56,170 nucleotides of DNA from an uncultured Candidatus Saccharibacteria bacterium (GCA_964460855.1 CAYWQH010000003.1:69410-125579); one strand, 5' to 3'. Counted from the stretch's first letter, positions 19,214-28,800 are shown. Notes: generated by a model from the sequence alone, not told the origin. Numbers and translations are program-made.

Positions 19214-20075
19214 ACAACAGCTTGCCGCTTACTGGCGGCTTACCAAACCCGGGATTATCCGCGGTAACTTAATCACCGCGTCGGCCGGTTATTTACTTGG
19301 TGCCAACGGATATATCCACTGGCGGACATTTATAGCGATGGCTATTGGCCAAGTTCTAGTTATAGGCTCAGCCTGCGTGGCCAACAACATATTGGACAAA
19401 GACCTCGACGCCCAAATGGAACGTACCCGGCAGCGGGCGCTGGTTAGCGGCCAAATATCAATTCGCGGCGCGGTAATCGAAAGCGCAGTGCTGGGGATTG
19501 CCGGGCTTTTAACCCTGTATTTTTATACTAATTTTCTAACCGCCTACCTGGTAGCCGTCGGCTGGATAGGGTATGTACTTGTTTACGGCATTGCCAAACG
19601 GCAGTCAGAATATGGCACGCTGGTGGGCAGCATATCCGGGGCTATCCCCTTAACAGCTGGCTACACGGCCGCAACTAACGCCTTTGACGGCGGTGCTATA
19701 CTGTTGTTTTTGGCAATGGCCGCCTGGCAAATGCCGCATTTTTACGCGATTGGAATTTACCGCAAAAAAGATTATGCCAAAGCCGGGCTGCCGGTTTGGC
19801 CGGTAAAGCGCAACCTGAGATCAACTTGGCGCCAAATGCTGTTATTTACGGTTTTGTTTTTAATTTGCCTGGTTTTGCTTAACCTCAGCGGCTACATCGG
19901 CTATATTTCGACGGTAATAGTTTTAGCTGTCTCGCTATATTGGTTGTGGCTTATGGCACGGCGGCCCCCCAACGCCAAACAAGCCGCCTGGGGACGGCGC
20001 ATATTCAAGTTTTCTTTGATAGTGATGCTGGTTTTCAGCTTGTGCCTGGCCATCAACGGCTTCGCTAAAATTTGA
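19194..20075 (+). CDS. cyoE: Protoheme IX farnesyltransferase (heme O synthase)
   Basis: 293-aa UbiA-family ORF with the motif NNILDKDLDAQMERTRQRALVSG. It occupies the last position of the cyo operon. Confidence 0.85.
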   Translation: MTRASTKQQLAAYWRLTKPGIIRGNLITASAGYLLGANGYIHWRTFIAMAIGQVLVIGSACVANNILDKDLDAQMERTRQRALVSGQISIRGAVIESAVLGIAGLLTLYFYTNFLTAYLVAVGWIGYVLVYGIAKRQSEYGTLVGSISGAIPLTAGYTAATNAFDGGAILLFLAMAAWQMPHFYAIGIYRKKDYAKAGLPVWPVKRNLRSTWRQMLLFTVLFLICLVLLNLSGYIGYISTVIVLAVSLYWLWLMARRPPNAKQAAWGRRIFKFSLIVMLVFSLCLAINGFAKI

Positions 20076-20124
20076 GCGTATTAACGCTTGCGCCAACCGC
20101 CTTTAACGGTTACGCTTATTCGAG

Positions 20125-21771
20125 ATGAACGACCTTGAAAACCAAATACAAAAGCTTATTAAAGGCGAGGTGGATTCCAGCCGCGAAAGCCGACAGCTGT
20201 ATAGCCACGACGCCAGCATGTTCGAGCTGGAACCGCAGCTGATTGTTTACCCCAAAGACTCTCAAGACGTCCAAAAAGTCGTTAGTTTTGTGGCTAATAA
20301 CAAAAGCCAAAACCCCGGTTTGTCGATAACTGCCCGCAGCGGCGGCACCGACATGAGCGGGGCGGCAATCAACGAATCGATAATTCTAGACTTTAGCCGG
20401 CACTTTAATAAGGTCGAATCGATTACCACTAGTAGCGCCCGCACCCAACCCGGCGTGTTTTACCGCGATTTTGACCCGCTGACTCTGGCCAAAGGCTCGT
20501 TTTTACCGAGCTATCCGGCCTCCCGGGGACTGTGCACGGTAGGCGGCATGGTAAATAACAATTCCGGAGGCGAAAAAAGCTTGCGCTACGGCAAGACCGA
20601 AAACTTCGTCGAAGAGCTAAAAGTAGTTTTTAGCGACGGCAATGAGTATGTAACCAAGCCATTAAACCGCCACGAACTTAAAAAGAAAATGGCCCAGAAA
20701 AATTTTGAGGGGCGACTTTATAAGAAGCTATTCGACCTGCACGAGGAGCACTACGACGCCATCAAAGCCGCCCGGCCGCACGTTACCAAAGACTCCACCG
20801 GATACCACATGTGGAATGTGTGGGACCGCGAGACCGGCATTTTTGATATAAACCGCTTGATTGTCGGCGGGCAGGGCACGCTGGGCATGGTAACCGACAT
20901 TAAATTTAAACTTGTGCCGCACACGCCGCATTCCGGCATTCTGGTTTGTTTTATGAAAGAAATCGACAAACTGGGAGAAATTATAAATGTCGTGCTTACC
21001 CACAAGCCGGAAAGCTTCGAGAGCTTCGATGATAATACGCTGTGGCTGGCCATCAAGTTCTTTTTTAGCTTCCGCCGCACATTGGGCTGGAAAGGCCTTA
21101 TTAAGCTGGGCTGGGGTTTGTTGCCGGACGGCCTGATGCTGCTTAAGGGAATACCCCGGCTTATCTTACTTATTGAATTTACCGGCCAGACCGAACAGGA
21201 AGTGGCCGAAAAAATCCATAATATGCGCCTGACTCTCAAACCCTATAAGATGCCAATGGAAGAGGATGCCACCGAAGCCAAAAGCGCCAAATTTTGGATT
21301 ATGCGCCGCGAAAGCTTTAACTTGCTAAGAAGTAAGGTTAAAGACAAGCACACCGCGCCGTTTATAGACGACTTAGTGGTGCCGCCCCAACACTTAACCA
21401 AGTTTTTACCTAAAATCCGTAAAGTTATTAAGAAGTATAAGCTATTCGCCACGATTGCCGGCCATATGGGCGACGGCAATTTCCATATTATCCCGCTAAT
21501 GAATATAGAAGACCCTAAAGAAAAGGCTAAGCTGGAACCGGCCATGAAAGAAGTTAATAAACTGGTGCTCGAATACGAAGGCTCACTTTCCGGCGAGCAT
21601 AACGACGGCATGATCCGCGGGCCCTGGCTGGAAGCCATGTATGGGCCTAAATTCGTCGGCTACTTCCGCGAAGTAAAGCGGGCTTTTGACCCCGAAAACA
21701 TTTTTAACCCCCATAAAAAAACTGATGCGAAATGGGATTTCAGCATGGCCCATTTACGCGATAAATTTTAA
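20125..21771 (+). CDS. FAD-binding oxidoreductase (GlcD/D-lactate dehydrogenase-like)
   Basis: 548-aa ORF with a PCMH-type FAD-binding N-domain (VVSFV...ITARSGGTDMSGAA) and a C-terminal GSLSGEHNDG motif. Confidence 0.8.
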   Translation: MNDLENQIQKLIKGEVDSSRESRQLYSHDASMFELEPQLIVYPKDSQDVQKVVSFVANNKSQNPGLSITARSGGTDMSGAAINESIILDFSRHFNKVESITTSSARTQPGVFYRDFDPLTLAKGSFLPSYPASRGLCTVGGMVNNNSGGEKSLRYGKTENFVEELKVVFSDGNEYVTKPLNRHELKKKMAQKNFEGRLYKKLFDLHEEHYDAIKAARPHVTKDSTGYHMWNVWDRETGIFDINRLIVGGQGTLGMVTDIKFKLVPHTPHSGILVCFMKEIDKLGEIINVVLTHKPESFESFDDNTLWLAIKFFFSFRRTLGWKGLIKLGWGLLPDGLMLLKGIPRLILLIEFTGQTEQEVAEKIHNMRLTLKPYKMPMEEDATEAKSAKFWIMRRESFNLLRSKVKDKHTAPFIDDLVVPPQHLTKFLPKIRKVIKKYKLFATIAGHMGDGNFHIIPLMNIEDPKEKAKLEPAMKEVNKLVLEYEGSLSGEHNDGMIRGPWLEAMYGPKFVGYFREVKRAFDPENIFNPHKKTDAKWDFSMAHLRDKF

Positions 21772-21970
21772 ATATACCGCAAGGGGATCGAACCCAACTC
21801 TTCTAAAAAGGTGCTGTTAATGTACAAAAAATTGCATTTGGCAATAATAAATTTACTAAGCTGTTGCGTTAGCGATTTATGCACAATAAGCGATTCCAGC
21901 TATTGCTTAAATATTGCGCTTATGGAAAAAAAGCTTACAATTAAAAAAAATATAGGCTAGGAATGGGAGT

Positions 21971-24900
21971 ATGAAATTTAAGATGCCTGCAATGCTTAAA
22001 AAAGATGGAAAGCTTAATACTAAAGTTGCATTAATTTTCGCCTTATCGTTCGCGCTGGTCGGCGGATTAATCATATTAATTACCCGGGCGGCCGGGTCTT
22101 CGGCGGTATTCGAAGCCGAATCCGGCACACTCTCGTCGCCGGCGTCGGTAGTATCAGACACTACGGCTTCGGGCGGCAAATACCTGCAGTTCGGCACCGG
22201 CGGCACTACGACAACACCGCCACCCTCTGCCGGCACGGTAGACGCCACTACACTTGACCATAAATTTATGCTCGGCTACCAGGGCTGGCACCAGTGCCCC
22301 AACGACGGTTCCACCAGCTCGGCCTGGCGGCACTGGTTTAACGGCACGCCGCCAACCAACCCATTGGTAGATTACTGGCCTGATGTATCAGAATTGACTG
22401 CCGCTGAGCGCTGCGACACCGGCCTCAAACTGCCTAACGGCCAGCCGGCGTACTTATTCAGTGACTACAATGCCGCTACCGTCAACCGCCACTTCCAATG
22501 GATGCAGCAAAACGGCATAGACGGCGTAATGCTGCAGCGCTTTACTTCTGAACTATCCATTTCTTATATGTTTGCCGAGCGAAATAAAGTTACTTCTAAC
22601 GTACAGGCCGGCGCCGAAGCAAACGGGCGGACCTTCAATATTATGTACGATATTACCGGCACGCCGGCTTCCAGTTTGGTCAGCACCATCGAAAACGACT
22701 GGAAATATATGGTAGACAACCAAAAAGCTACTGCCAGCGCCCGGTATTTGCACCAGGGCGGCAAGCCTGTTGTTGTGCTTTGGGGCTTCGGCTTTTCGGA
22801 CCGGCCCGGCACGCCCGCCGATTTGCAAACGCTGCTTAACTTCTTCCATAACAACGCAAACCCGGCTTACGACGCTTATGTAATGGGCGGCGTAAACAAT
22901 GATTGGCGCACTAATTCTACCTGGGCTTCGGCTCTGACCGGTTTTGACGCCATCAGCCCCTGGATGGTCGGGCGGGTTAACAGTTTAGCCAGTGCCGACA
23001 GTTACAAAACTACTACGGCGGCCGAGCTGGCTTACGCCAAATCCCACAACCAGATGTATATGCCGGTAGTATTCCCAGGCTTTTCTTTCCATAACCAGAA
23101 CTCATCGCAACCGCTAAACCAGATACCGCGCCTTGGCGGTAACTTCTTATGGCGCCAGGCCTACAACGATGTATCGACGGGCGCCACAACCATGTATGGA
23201 GCTATGTTTGACGAAGTCAACGAAGGTACGGCCTTCTTTAAACAGGCTAATTCTTCGGCAATGTGGCCCACCGGGCTTAACATGGTTTCGCTAAACGCCG
23301 ACGGCAATACCAATATTCCAACCGATTGGTATCTGCGCCTAGCCGGCGAAATCACCAAAATGGTCAAAGGCCAAATCGCGCCGACCAGCACAATTCCTAT
23401 ATCGCCTACTGCTTCCAGCGGCCAGCCTTTATATAGAAGCGTGGCCGGCAAAATTCATAAGACTTTGTTTGGCGCGCACGTCGCAGTTTCGGATGCCTGG
23501 CACAACTCTACTCAAACTATTGGCCATGTCTTGGGCGCTTTCAGCGGACGGCAATCTGTGGCCGCCGCCGGTGACCCGGTTTTAGTGGCCGCCGGTGACA
23601 TCGCTTGCGACCCGGGAGCCAATACCGGCTCTCCCAATAACTGCGACCAGGGAAATGTAGCCAATTTAATAAAGACTATCGCCCCGCAAGCTATTTTGAC
23701 GCTGGGCGACAACCAATACGAAAGCAATACCTCAGCTGCCTACAGTTCTGTCTATGATCCGAGCTACGGCGCGGCATCCAGGGCATTGGGCATTCCGATA
23801 CATCCGGCCATCGGCAACCACGAATACTTAACAACCAATGCTACCGGTTACTTCGGCTACTTCGGGGCCGCCGCCGGCCCAGCGGACAAGGGCTACTACA
23901 GCTATAACATTGGCGGCTGGCACTTCTTGTCGCTTAACAGCGAATGTTCGCATATTGGCGGCTGTGCAGCGGGCAGCGGCGAAGATACTTTCGTTAAAAA
24001 CGACTTGGCGGCAAACAAAGTTGCCTGCACAGTAGCTTACTACCACGAACCGCGCTTTTCTTCTGGCCAGCACGGTGACGCCCAACAAATGGCCACTATT
24101 TGGAACGACATGGTTGCCGGCGGCGTAGACATCGTACTGTCCGGCCACAACCACGACTACGAGCGCTTCCAAAAAGCCGGCAACACCGCGGCAGGCAGCG
24201 CAACGCAGGCACCCAACCTTGACCCTAACGGCATCATGGAATTCGTAGTAGGAACCGGCGGTAAAAACCACTACGGTTTCGGCACGCAACCGATGCTGGC
24301 CGGCGAAGTCGTCCGCGATTCAACTACATATGGCGTTTTAAAACTGACTTTGCACGCCGGCAGCTACGACTGGCAATTCGCCAACGAACCATTGTCTGGC
24401 AAATTCACCGATTCTGGCAGCAGTACCTGCTCGGGCGGCTCAACAACTCCTCCGCCGCCACCACCCAGTGACACTACAGCACCAACTGCCAGCATTACGG
24501 CTCCGGCAAATGGCTCCCAGGTTAGCGGTACAGTGGCTATTAACGCCAATGCCAGCGACAACGTAGGCGTTACCAAAGTAGACTTCCTGGTAGACGGCGC
24601 CGTTAAGAGCACCGACACCACCAGCCCTTACAGCTATAGCTGGAGCACTGCTGGATTAACCGGTACTCATGTAATTACCGTTAAGGCTACCGACGCCGCC
24701 GGAAATGTTGGCACATCTGCTGCAGTTAGCGTCACAATCGCTACTAGCGGCGGCACAACCTGTACAGCCCCATCGACGCCTGGCGGAATATCAACTGTCA
24801 CGGTTAACGCGCCGGTTGCCGGCACCTACCATGTATGGAGCCGAATGAAAGCTGCCAGTACTACTGCCAACAGCTACGTCTTTAACACTAATGGAACTTG

Positions 24901-26461
24901 CAATATGGGAATTGGCGGTACCTCGGCCGTTTCGACAAGCGCCTGGACATGGGTAAACTTCCAGCCAGGTACAACCGTAAAAGCTACGGACATAACATTA
25001 ACGGCCGGCAGCCATACGATCCAGCTTTACGGCACGCAAACCGGCGTTAAAGTTGACCGGGTGATGCTGCTAAGCGACACTTGCGTGCCTACCGGTACCG
25101 GCGACAACTGTTTAGCAGTAACTGACACCACGCCTCCGGCAGTTAATATAACCAGCCCGTTAAACAATGCTACGGTTTCCGGAAAGGTTAACGTTACGGC
25201 AACTGCCAGCGATACCGGCGGCAGCGGCCTGACCAAAGTCGACTTCCTGGTAGATAACAGTTTGGTTGCGACTAGCACGACCTCGCCATACGGCTTTAGC
25301 TGGGACACTTCCGGCTGGACAGTCGGCAGCCATAAATTAACCGCCATTGCTTCCGACGGCGCTAACAACTCCACTACCTCTACCGCAATCACGGTAAATA
25401 TCCAATCGGTTACCAACACTACTGACACCACGCCGCCTACCGCGCCTACCAACCTATCGGCTACAGTCGCCGGCGCCACTCAGGTTAACTTGAGTTGGAC
25501 CGCCAGCACCGACAATGTCGCCGTGGCCGGATACTATGTAGAGCGTAATGGCGTAACCCTAAACCAAATAGACACTGCTACCAACTACAGCGATGCCGGC
25601 TTGGCCGCAAACACCAAATATACATACCAGGTAATGGCTGCCGATACCTCCGGCAACTTAAGCCCGCTCAGTACGGCAGTTAGCGTTACTACCCCGGCCA
25701 TCGCCGATACTACCCCGCCAACCGCTCCGACCGGCCTTACTGCCAAAGCGGTGGCATCTAACCAGATTAATTTAACCTGGGCGGCAGCTACCGATAATGG
25801 TGGGTCAGGACTGGCCGGCTACATAGTAATGCGCGGCACAACCGAGATTGGCCGCACTACCGCCACTTCATTCGGCGACGCCACTTTAAACGCTTCGACC
25901 ACCTATAGCTACACCGTATTGGCTTACGACGGTGCCGGTAATAAGAGCCCGGCATCAGCCGCCGCATCGGCCACTACGCCAGCCGCTACCACTTCAGGTG
26001 GCACAACCTTAACCATTGCCCCCGCGGCCGATACATGGCTTAAAGCGGCTTCGCCTAGTACCGGTTTTGGCTCGGCTACAACCATGAGGGTAGATGCCGA
26101 CGCCCTTGAAAACCTAATGATCCGGTTTAACGTTTCGTCAATCAACGGCCGTACGGTAACCAGCGCCAAACTTTACCTGTACTGTACTGATGCCTCCAGC
26201 GACGGCGGCAGCTTCTACCAGACCGCCTCGAATTGGAGCGAAACCGTCCCGTGGAACAACGCCCCGCCGATTAGCGGCAGCGCAGTTGCCAAACTTGGTT
26301 CGGTACATTCCGGCAGCTGGGCAGTGATAGACGTTACCAGCATTGTCAACCATGACGCCACCTATAGCTTCCGCGCTAAATCATCGACCAGTGACGGGGC
26401 CGGGTACAATACCCGCGAGGCTTCATCAAATAAACCTAAGCTAGTAATAACGGTAAAATAA
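21971..26461 (+). CDS. 1496-aa secreted multidomain protein: GH99/WbsX-like TIM-barrel-like domain, calcineurin-like metallophosphoesterase, 2 Ig-like, CBM-like, 2 FN3, C-terminal DNRLRE/CBM96-like domain
   Basis: Signal/anchor at aa ~17-40. GH-like domain at aa ~95-470 (VVVLWGFGF, FDEVNEGTAF). Phosphoesterase at aa ~535-800 (GDIACD, LGDNQYE, GNHEY, YYHEPRFSS, SGHNHDYERF). Ig-like repeats carry VTKVDFLVD. FN3 repeats carry PPTAPT..L..WTAS/AATDN. The tail has ADTWLK...MIRFNVS...AKLYLYC...WSE..PWNNAP. Confidence 0.85.
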   Translation: MKFKMPAMLKKDGKLNTKVALIFALSFALVGGLIILITRAAGSSAVFEAESGTLSSPASVVSDTTASGGKYLQFGTGGTTTTPPPSAGTVDATTLDHKFMLGYQGWHQCPNDGSTSSAWRHWFNGTPPTNPLVDYWPDVSELTAAERCDTGLKLPNGQPAYLFSDYNAATVNRHFQWMQQNGIDGVMLQRFTSELSISYMFAERNKVTSNVQAGAEANGRTFNIMYDITGTPASSLVSTIENDWKYMVDNQKATASARYLHQGGKPVVVLWGFGFSDRPGTPADLQTLLNFFHNNANPAYDAYVMGGVNNDWRTNSTWASALTGFDAISPWMVGRVNSLASADSYKTTTAAELAYAKSHNQMYMPVVFPGFSFHNQNSSQPLNQIPRLGGNFLWRQAYNDVSTGATTMYGAMFDEVNEGTAFFKQANSSAMWPTGLNMVSLNADGNTNIPTDWYLRLAGEITKMVKGQIAPTSTIPISPTASSGQPLYRSVAGKIHKTLFGAHVAVSDAWHNSTQTIGHVLGAFSGRQSVAAAGDPVLVAAGDIACDPGANTGSPNNCDQGNVANLIKTIAPQAILTLGDNQYESNTSAAYSSVYDPSYGAASRALGIPIHPAIGNHEYLTTNATGYFGYFGAAAGPADKGYYSYNIGGWHFLSLNSECSHIGGCAAGSGEDTFVKNDLAANKVACTVAYYHEPRFSSGQHGDAQQMATIWNDMVAGGVDIVLSGHNHDYERFQKAGNTAAGSATQAPNLDPNGIMEFVVGTGGKNHYGFGTQPMLAGEVVRDSTTYGVLKLTLHAGSYDWQFANEPLSGKFTDSGSSTCSGGSTTPPPPPPSDTTAPTASITAPANGSQVSGTVAINANASDNVGVTKVDFLVDGAVKSTDTTSPYSYSWSTAGLTGTHVITVKATDAAGNVGTSAAVSVTIATSGGTTCTAPSTPGGISTVTVNAPVAGTYHVWSRMKAASTTANSYVFNTNGTCNMGIGGTSAVSTSAWTWVNFQPGTTVKATDITLTAGSHTIQLYGTQTGVKVDRVMLLSDTCVPTGTGDNCLAVTDTTPPAVNITSPLNNATVSGKVNVTATASDTGGSGLTKVDFLVDNSLVATSTTSPYGFSWDTSGWTVGSHKLTAIASDGANNSTTSTAITVNIQSVTNTTDTTPPTAPTNLSATVAGATQVNLSWTASTDNVAVAGYYVERNGVTLNQIDTATNYSDAGLAANTKYTYQVMAADTSGNLSPLSTAVSVTTPAIADTTPPTAPTGLTAKAVASNQINLTWAAATDNGGSGLAGYIVMRGTTEIGRTTATSFGDATLNASTTYSYTVLAYDGAGNKSPASAAASATTPAATTSGGTTLTIAPAADTWLKAASPSTGFGSATTMRVDADALENLMIRFNVSSINGRTVTSAKLYLYCTDASSDGGSFYQTASNWSETVPWNNAPPISGSAVAKLGSVHSGSWAVIDVTSIVNHDATYSFRAKSSTSDGAGYNTREASSNKPKLVITVK

Positions 26462-26462
26462 T

Positions 26463-26906
26463 ATGGAAAAAGCAGACCCAACAACCAACCCACTACCAGC
26501 TAACAACAAGCCGATGAACACGCGCTATGTAAAAATAGGCATCATCCTGGTCGCCGCGCTGCTGATAATAGCCCTCGCCGGCTTTATCCGCAGCCGCAAA
26601 GAAACGCCGCTGCCGGCCGCCAGTGCCCCGGCAGTTAGCGCCCAAGTAACCGTAGATTCGTCCGGTTTCGTGCCGGCCAGCCTGACCATTAAAAAAGGTA
26701 CGACGGTAATTTGGAAGAATACCGACAGCGACACTTACGCCCAAATAGCCTCGGCGCCTTACCCGACGCACACCTCGGTGCCAGACCTGATATCGCCTAA
26801 GCTTAACGCTGATGCCCAATATAGCTACACCTTCAATAACGCAGGCACATTCACTTACCAGGACCAGGAAAGCCCTAAAAACACCGGTACGATAACCGTC
26901 CAGTAA
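26463..26906 (+). CDS. Membrane-anchored cupredoxin-like domain protein lacking a Cys copper ligand
   Basis: 147-aa ORF starting 1 nt after the giant gene's stop. It has one TM helix and a cupredoxin-like pattern (FVPASLTIKKGTTVIWKNTD...GTFTYQD). The mature part has no Cys. Confidence 0.55.
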   Translation: MEKADPTTNPLPANNKPMNTRYVKIGIILVAALLIIALAGFIRSRKETPLPAASAPAVSAQVTVDSSGFVPASLTIKKGTTVIWKNTDSDTYAQIASAPYPTHTSVPDLISPKLNADAQYSYTFNNAGTFTYQDQESPKNTGTITVQ

Positions 26907-26908
26907 AA

Positions 26909-27523
26909 TTAATCTTCGATTGGCACGCCAGCGGGTAGGGGCATTACCCGCTGGTCTTTGTAATTTCTAGGCGTCATTGATTCCGGCTTCCAATCAGCTA
27001 CCATTTCAGCCACGCTTTTGCTGGTTTGGTACTTGCCGTCGTCGGCATAATGGCCGCTGTCGCCGGTGTAATGGAAAATAATCTGGGCAACGCGCTCGCC
27101 CACTGGCAGAACGGTAGGGAAGTCGTTGGAGTTATGGATTTCCATGGTCCAGCGGTTGCGGTAGCCGGGGTCGCCCCAGCCGGCGTCAACGCACACGAAA
27201 ATGCCCAACCGGCCCCAGGAACTGCGGGCTTTCATTTCGGTAGTGCCGGGCGGGTTGATGCCGATAAATTCATGAGTATGGGCCAAAATGCGCTGGCGGG
27301 GAAGCAATGGTATAACCGGAAAATCAGCGGCTATATGGATAAGAGGCTGCATGTCGTACTTTTCGCAGGCCTCGTGGTGTGGTATTGCCTTCTTAAGCTG
27401 GAAATAGCTCGATATGGCTTCCTGGCTGGTCCAGTCTAGTGTTTTAGCGCGCTTGAGGGCAGGATGGGGCGTATCCGATAAAAATCCGGCATCATGGAAC
27501 CAATAACCCAGCGTAACGTCCAC
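26909..27523 (-). CDS. dcd: dCTP deaminase/dUTPase-superfamily protein (coordinates are the ORF-track GTG start; the likely true start is at 27712)
   Basis: Motifs: KARSSWGRLG, DAGWGDPGY and PVGERVAQIIFH. The conserved SSVDVTLG strand spans the GTG at 27523, and the frame is open upstream through ...SRSELLDAYQAGHILIHPF... Confidence 0.7.
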   Translation of the reverse strand: MDVTLGYWFHDAGFLSDTPHPALKRAKTLDWTSQEAISSYFQLKKAIPHHEACEKYDMQPLIHIAADFPVIPLLPRQRILAHTHEFIGINPPGTTEMKARSSWGRLGIFVCVDAGWGDPGYRNRWTMEIHNSNDFPTVLPVGERVAQIIFHYTGDSGHYADDGKYQTSKSVAEMVADWKPESMTPRNYKDQRVMPLPAGVPIED

Positions 27524-27707
27524 GCTGCTGCCTTTTACGTTACTTTCGATAAACGGGTGGATCAGTATATGGCCGGCCTGGTAGGCGTCCAGCAGTTCGC
27601 TGCGGCTATATACGCCACCGCTGCTGGCGAAGCGGGCACTGTCATAAGCCGGCGCGCCATCGCGGAACTGGGGCGGTAAAAGCTTGTTTATGGCAGCTAG
27701 GTTTTGC

Positions 27708-28760
27708 TTAATTGGTGGCCTCCTTCGTTCGTCGTTCTAATTGTAGCGCATAGTTTACGGCCCCCAGTAAAAACAGGTTGAGCGCCAGGCCAAAAGCCGC
27801 CCAAAACTGCAAATTGTAAAACGCGAAGAATTCAGTAACGAATATATTGATTAATAATGCCATGCGCAGGGTAGTGTAAGCCTGGCGTCGGCTGGACTGC
27901 AGCTGGTATAAACCTACCACGATCAGCCAAGAGTAAATTACGCCGCCGATTACCTGGCCGGTGGTGGCCCGCAATAGGTTTTCGTCGATATCAAACCCGT
28001 GCAGCTGCCATATATCTACAATAAAGTTAATCGCGCTGCTCATAGACACCAGTCCCTGCACAATAAAGATGCTTAGCAGCGCGGCATTAAAATACCGCCA
28101 GCTTATAAACATTTTGTATTGGGTAACGGCGTAATTATTAAGTTTATAAAACCAGCTGGGCTCGTCGGCCCGGGAGCGGGCTTCGACCATATGGCTGACT
28201 TTTTCGAGATGGAATACTAGTTTATCGGCTTTATCCAAGCTTGCAAAATATGTATCCAGCTGCTTTTTTTCGGGTGCCGACAAGCCGAACAGCAAACCTT
28301 CTTGGAGCAATTCGAAAACATTGGCTACCATGGCGCGCTTGGAGTTAACTTTGCGCTCGTTAAGCCAGCGGAATAAGAACCACAGCATTAAGAAAAACAC
28401 ATAAATCAGCATGGCGCTGGGCTTAAAAAAGTAGTCGTTGTCGCTGGTAATGAACTTGCCGATTTCGTCAATAAAAAAGCCCAGGCCGATGCCGCCCAGC
28501 ACGGCAGCCACGCCGCGGCTCTTATCGCCTAAAAAACTAACTAGGATTATAATGGCCGACAGCATAAATAAGCCGCCCCAAAAAGTGTGGGCAATGTGCA
28601 GTCCGCCGCCGCCCAATTGGGGATAGCCGGTGAGTTTTAAGAAGGTGCGGATGGCTAAAACTGTAGCGATAGCCGATACGAATAAACTTTCCAAATGGCT
28701 GTTGGCGCTGTAAACAATAGAAGGCTGGTACTGCTTAGCAAAACGGTGTAATGAAGCCAT
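27708..28760 (-). CDS. Hypothetical polytopic membrane protein
   Basis: 350-aa ORF with multiple TM helices at both ends and a soluble middle segment. No family recognised. Confidence 0.55.
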   Translation of the reverse strand: MASLHRFAKQYQPSIVYSANSHLESLFVSAIATVLAIRTFLKLTGYPQLGGGGLHIAHTFWGGLFMLSAIIILVSFLGDKSRGVAAVLGGIGLGFFIDEIGKFITSDNDYFFKPSAMLIYVFFLMLWFLFRWLNERKVNSKRAMVANVFELLQEGLLFGLSAPEKKQLDTYFASLDKADKLVFHLEKVSHMVEARSRADEPSWFYKLNNYAVTQYKMFISWRYFNAALLSIFIVQGLVSMSSAINFIVDIWQLHGFDIDENLLRATTGQVIGGVIYSWLIVVGLYQLQSSRRQAYTTLRMALLINIFVTEFFAFYNLQFWAAFGLALNLFLLGAVNYALQLERRTKEATN

Positions 28761-28800
28761 TACTAAATTATAGGTAATTTAGGCACCTAAAAGCTATAAT

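Noticed and set aside
21783-21795. GGGGATCGAACCC, a tRNA T-arm-like fragment just after the FAD-oxidase gene, considered as an att remnant marking an island that carries the giant gene
   Set aside because: Only the T-loop-like 13 nt match. The flanks do not form T-stem, acceptor or anticodon arms, and I saw no second copy. This is compatible with chance.
24460-25980. Periodic repeats within the giant gene, considered as a CRISPR array or tandem DNA repeat
   Set aside because: The repeats are ~270-nt protein-domain repeats (Ig-like x2, FN3 x2). They are diverged at the DNA level and in frame within one ORF, so they are not short identical repeats with unique spacers.
21971-26461. Giant surface protein as a diversity-generating retroelement target
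   Set aside because: There is no reverse transcriptase ORF and no template/variable repeat pair with A-specific mismatches visible in the window.
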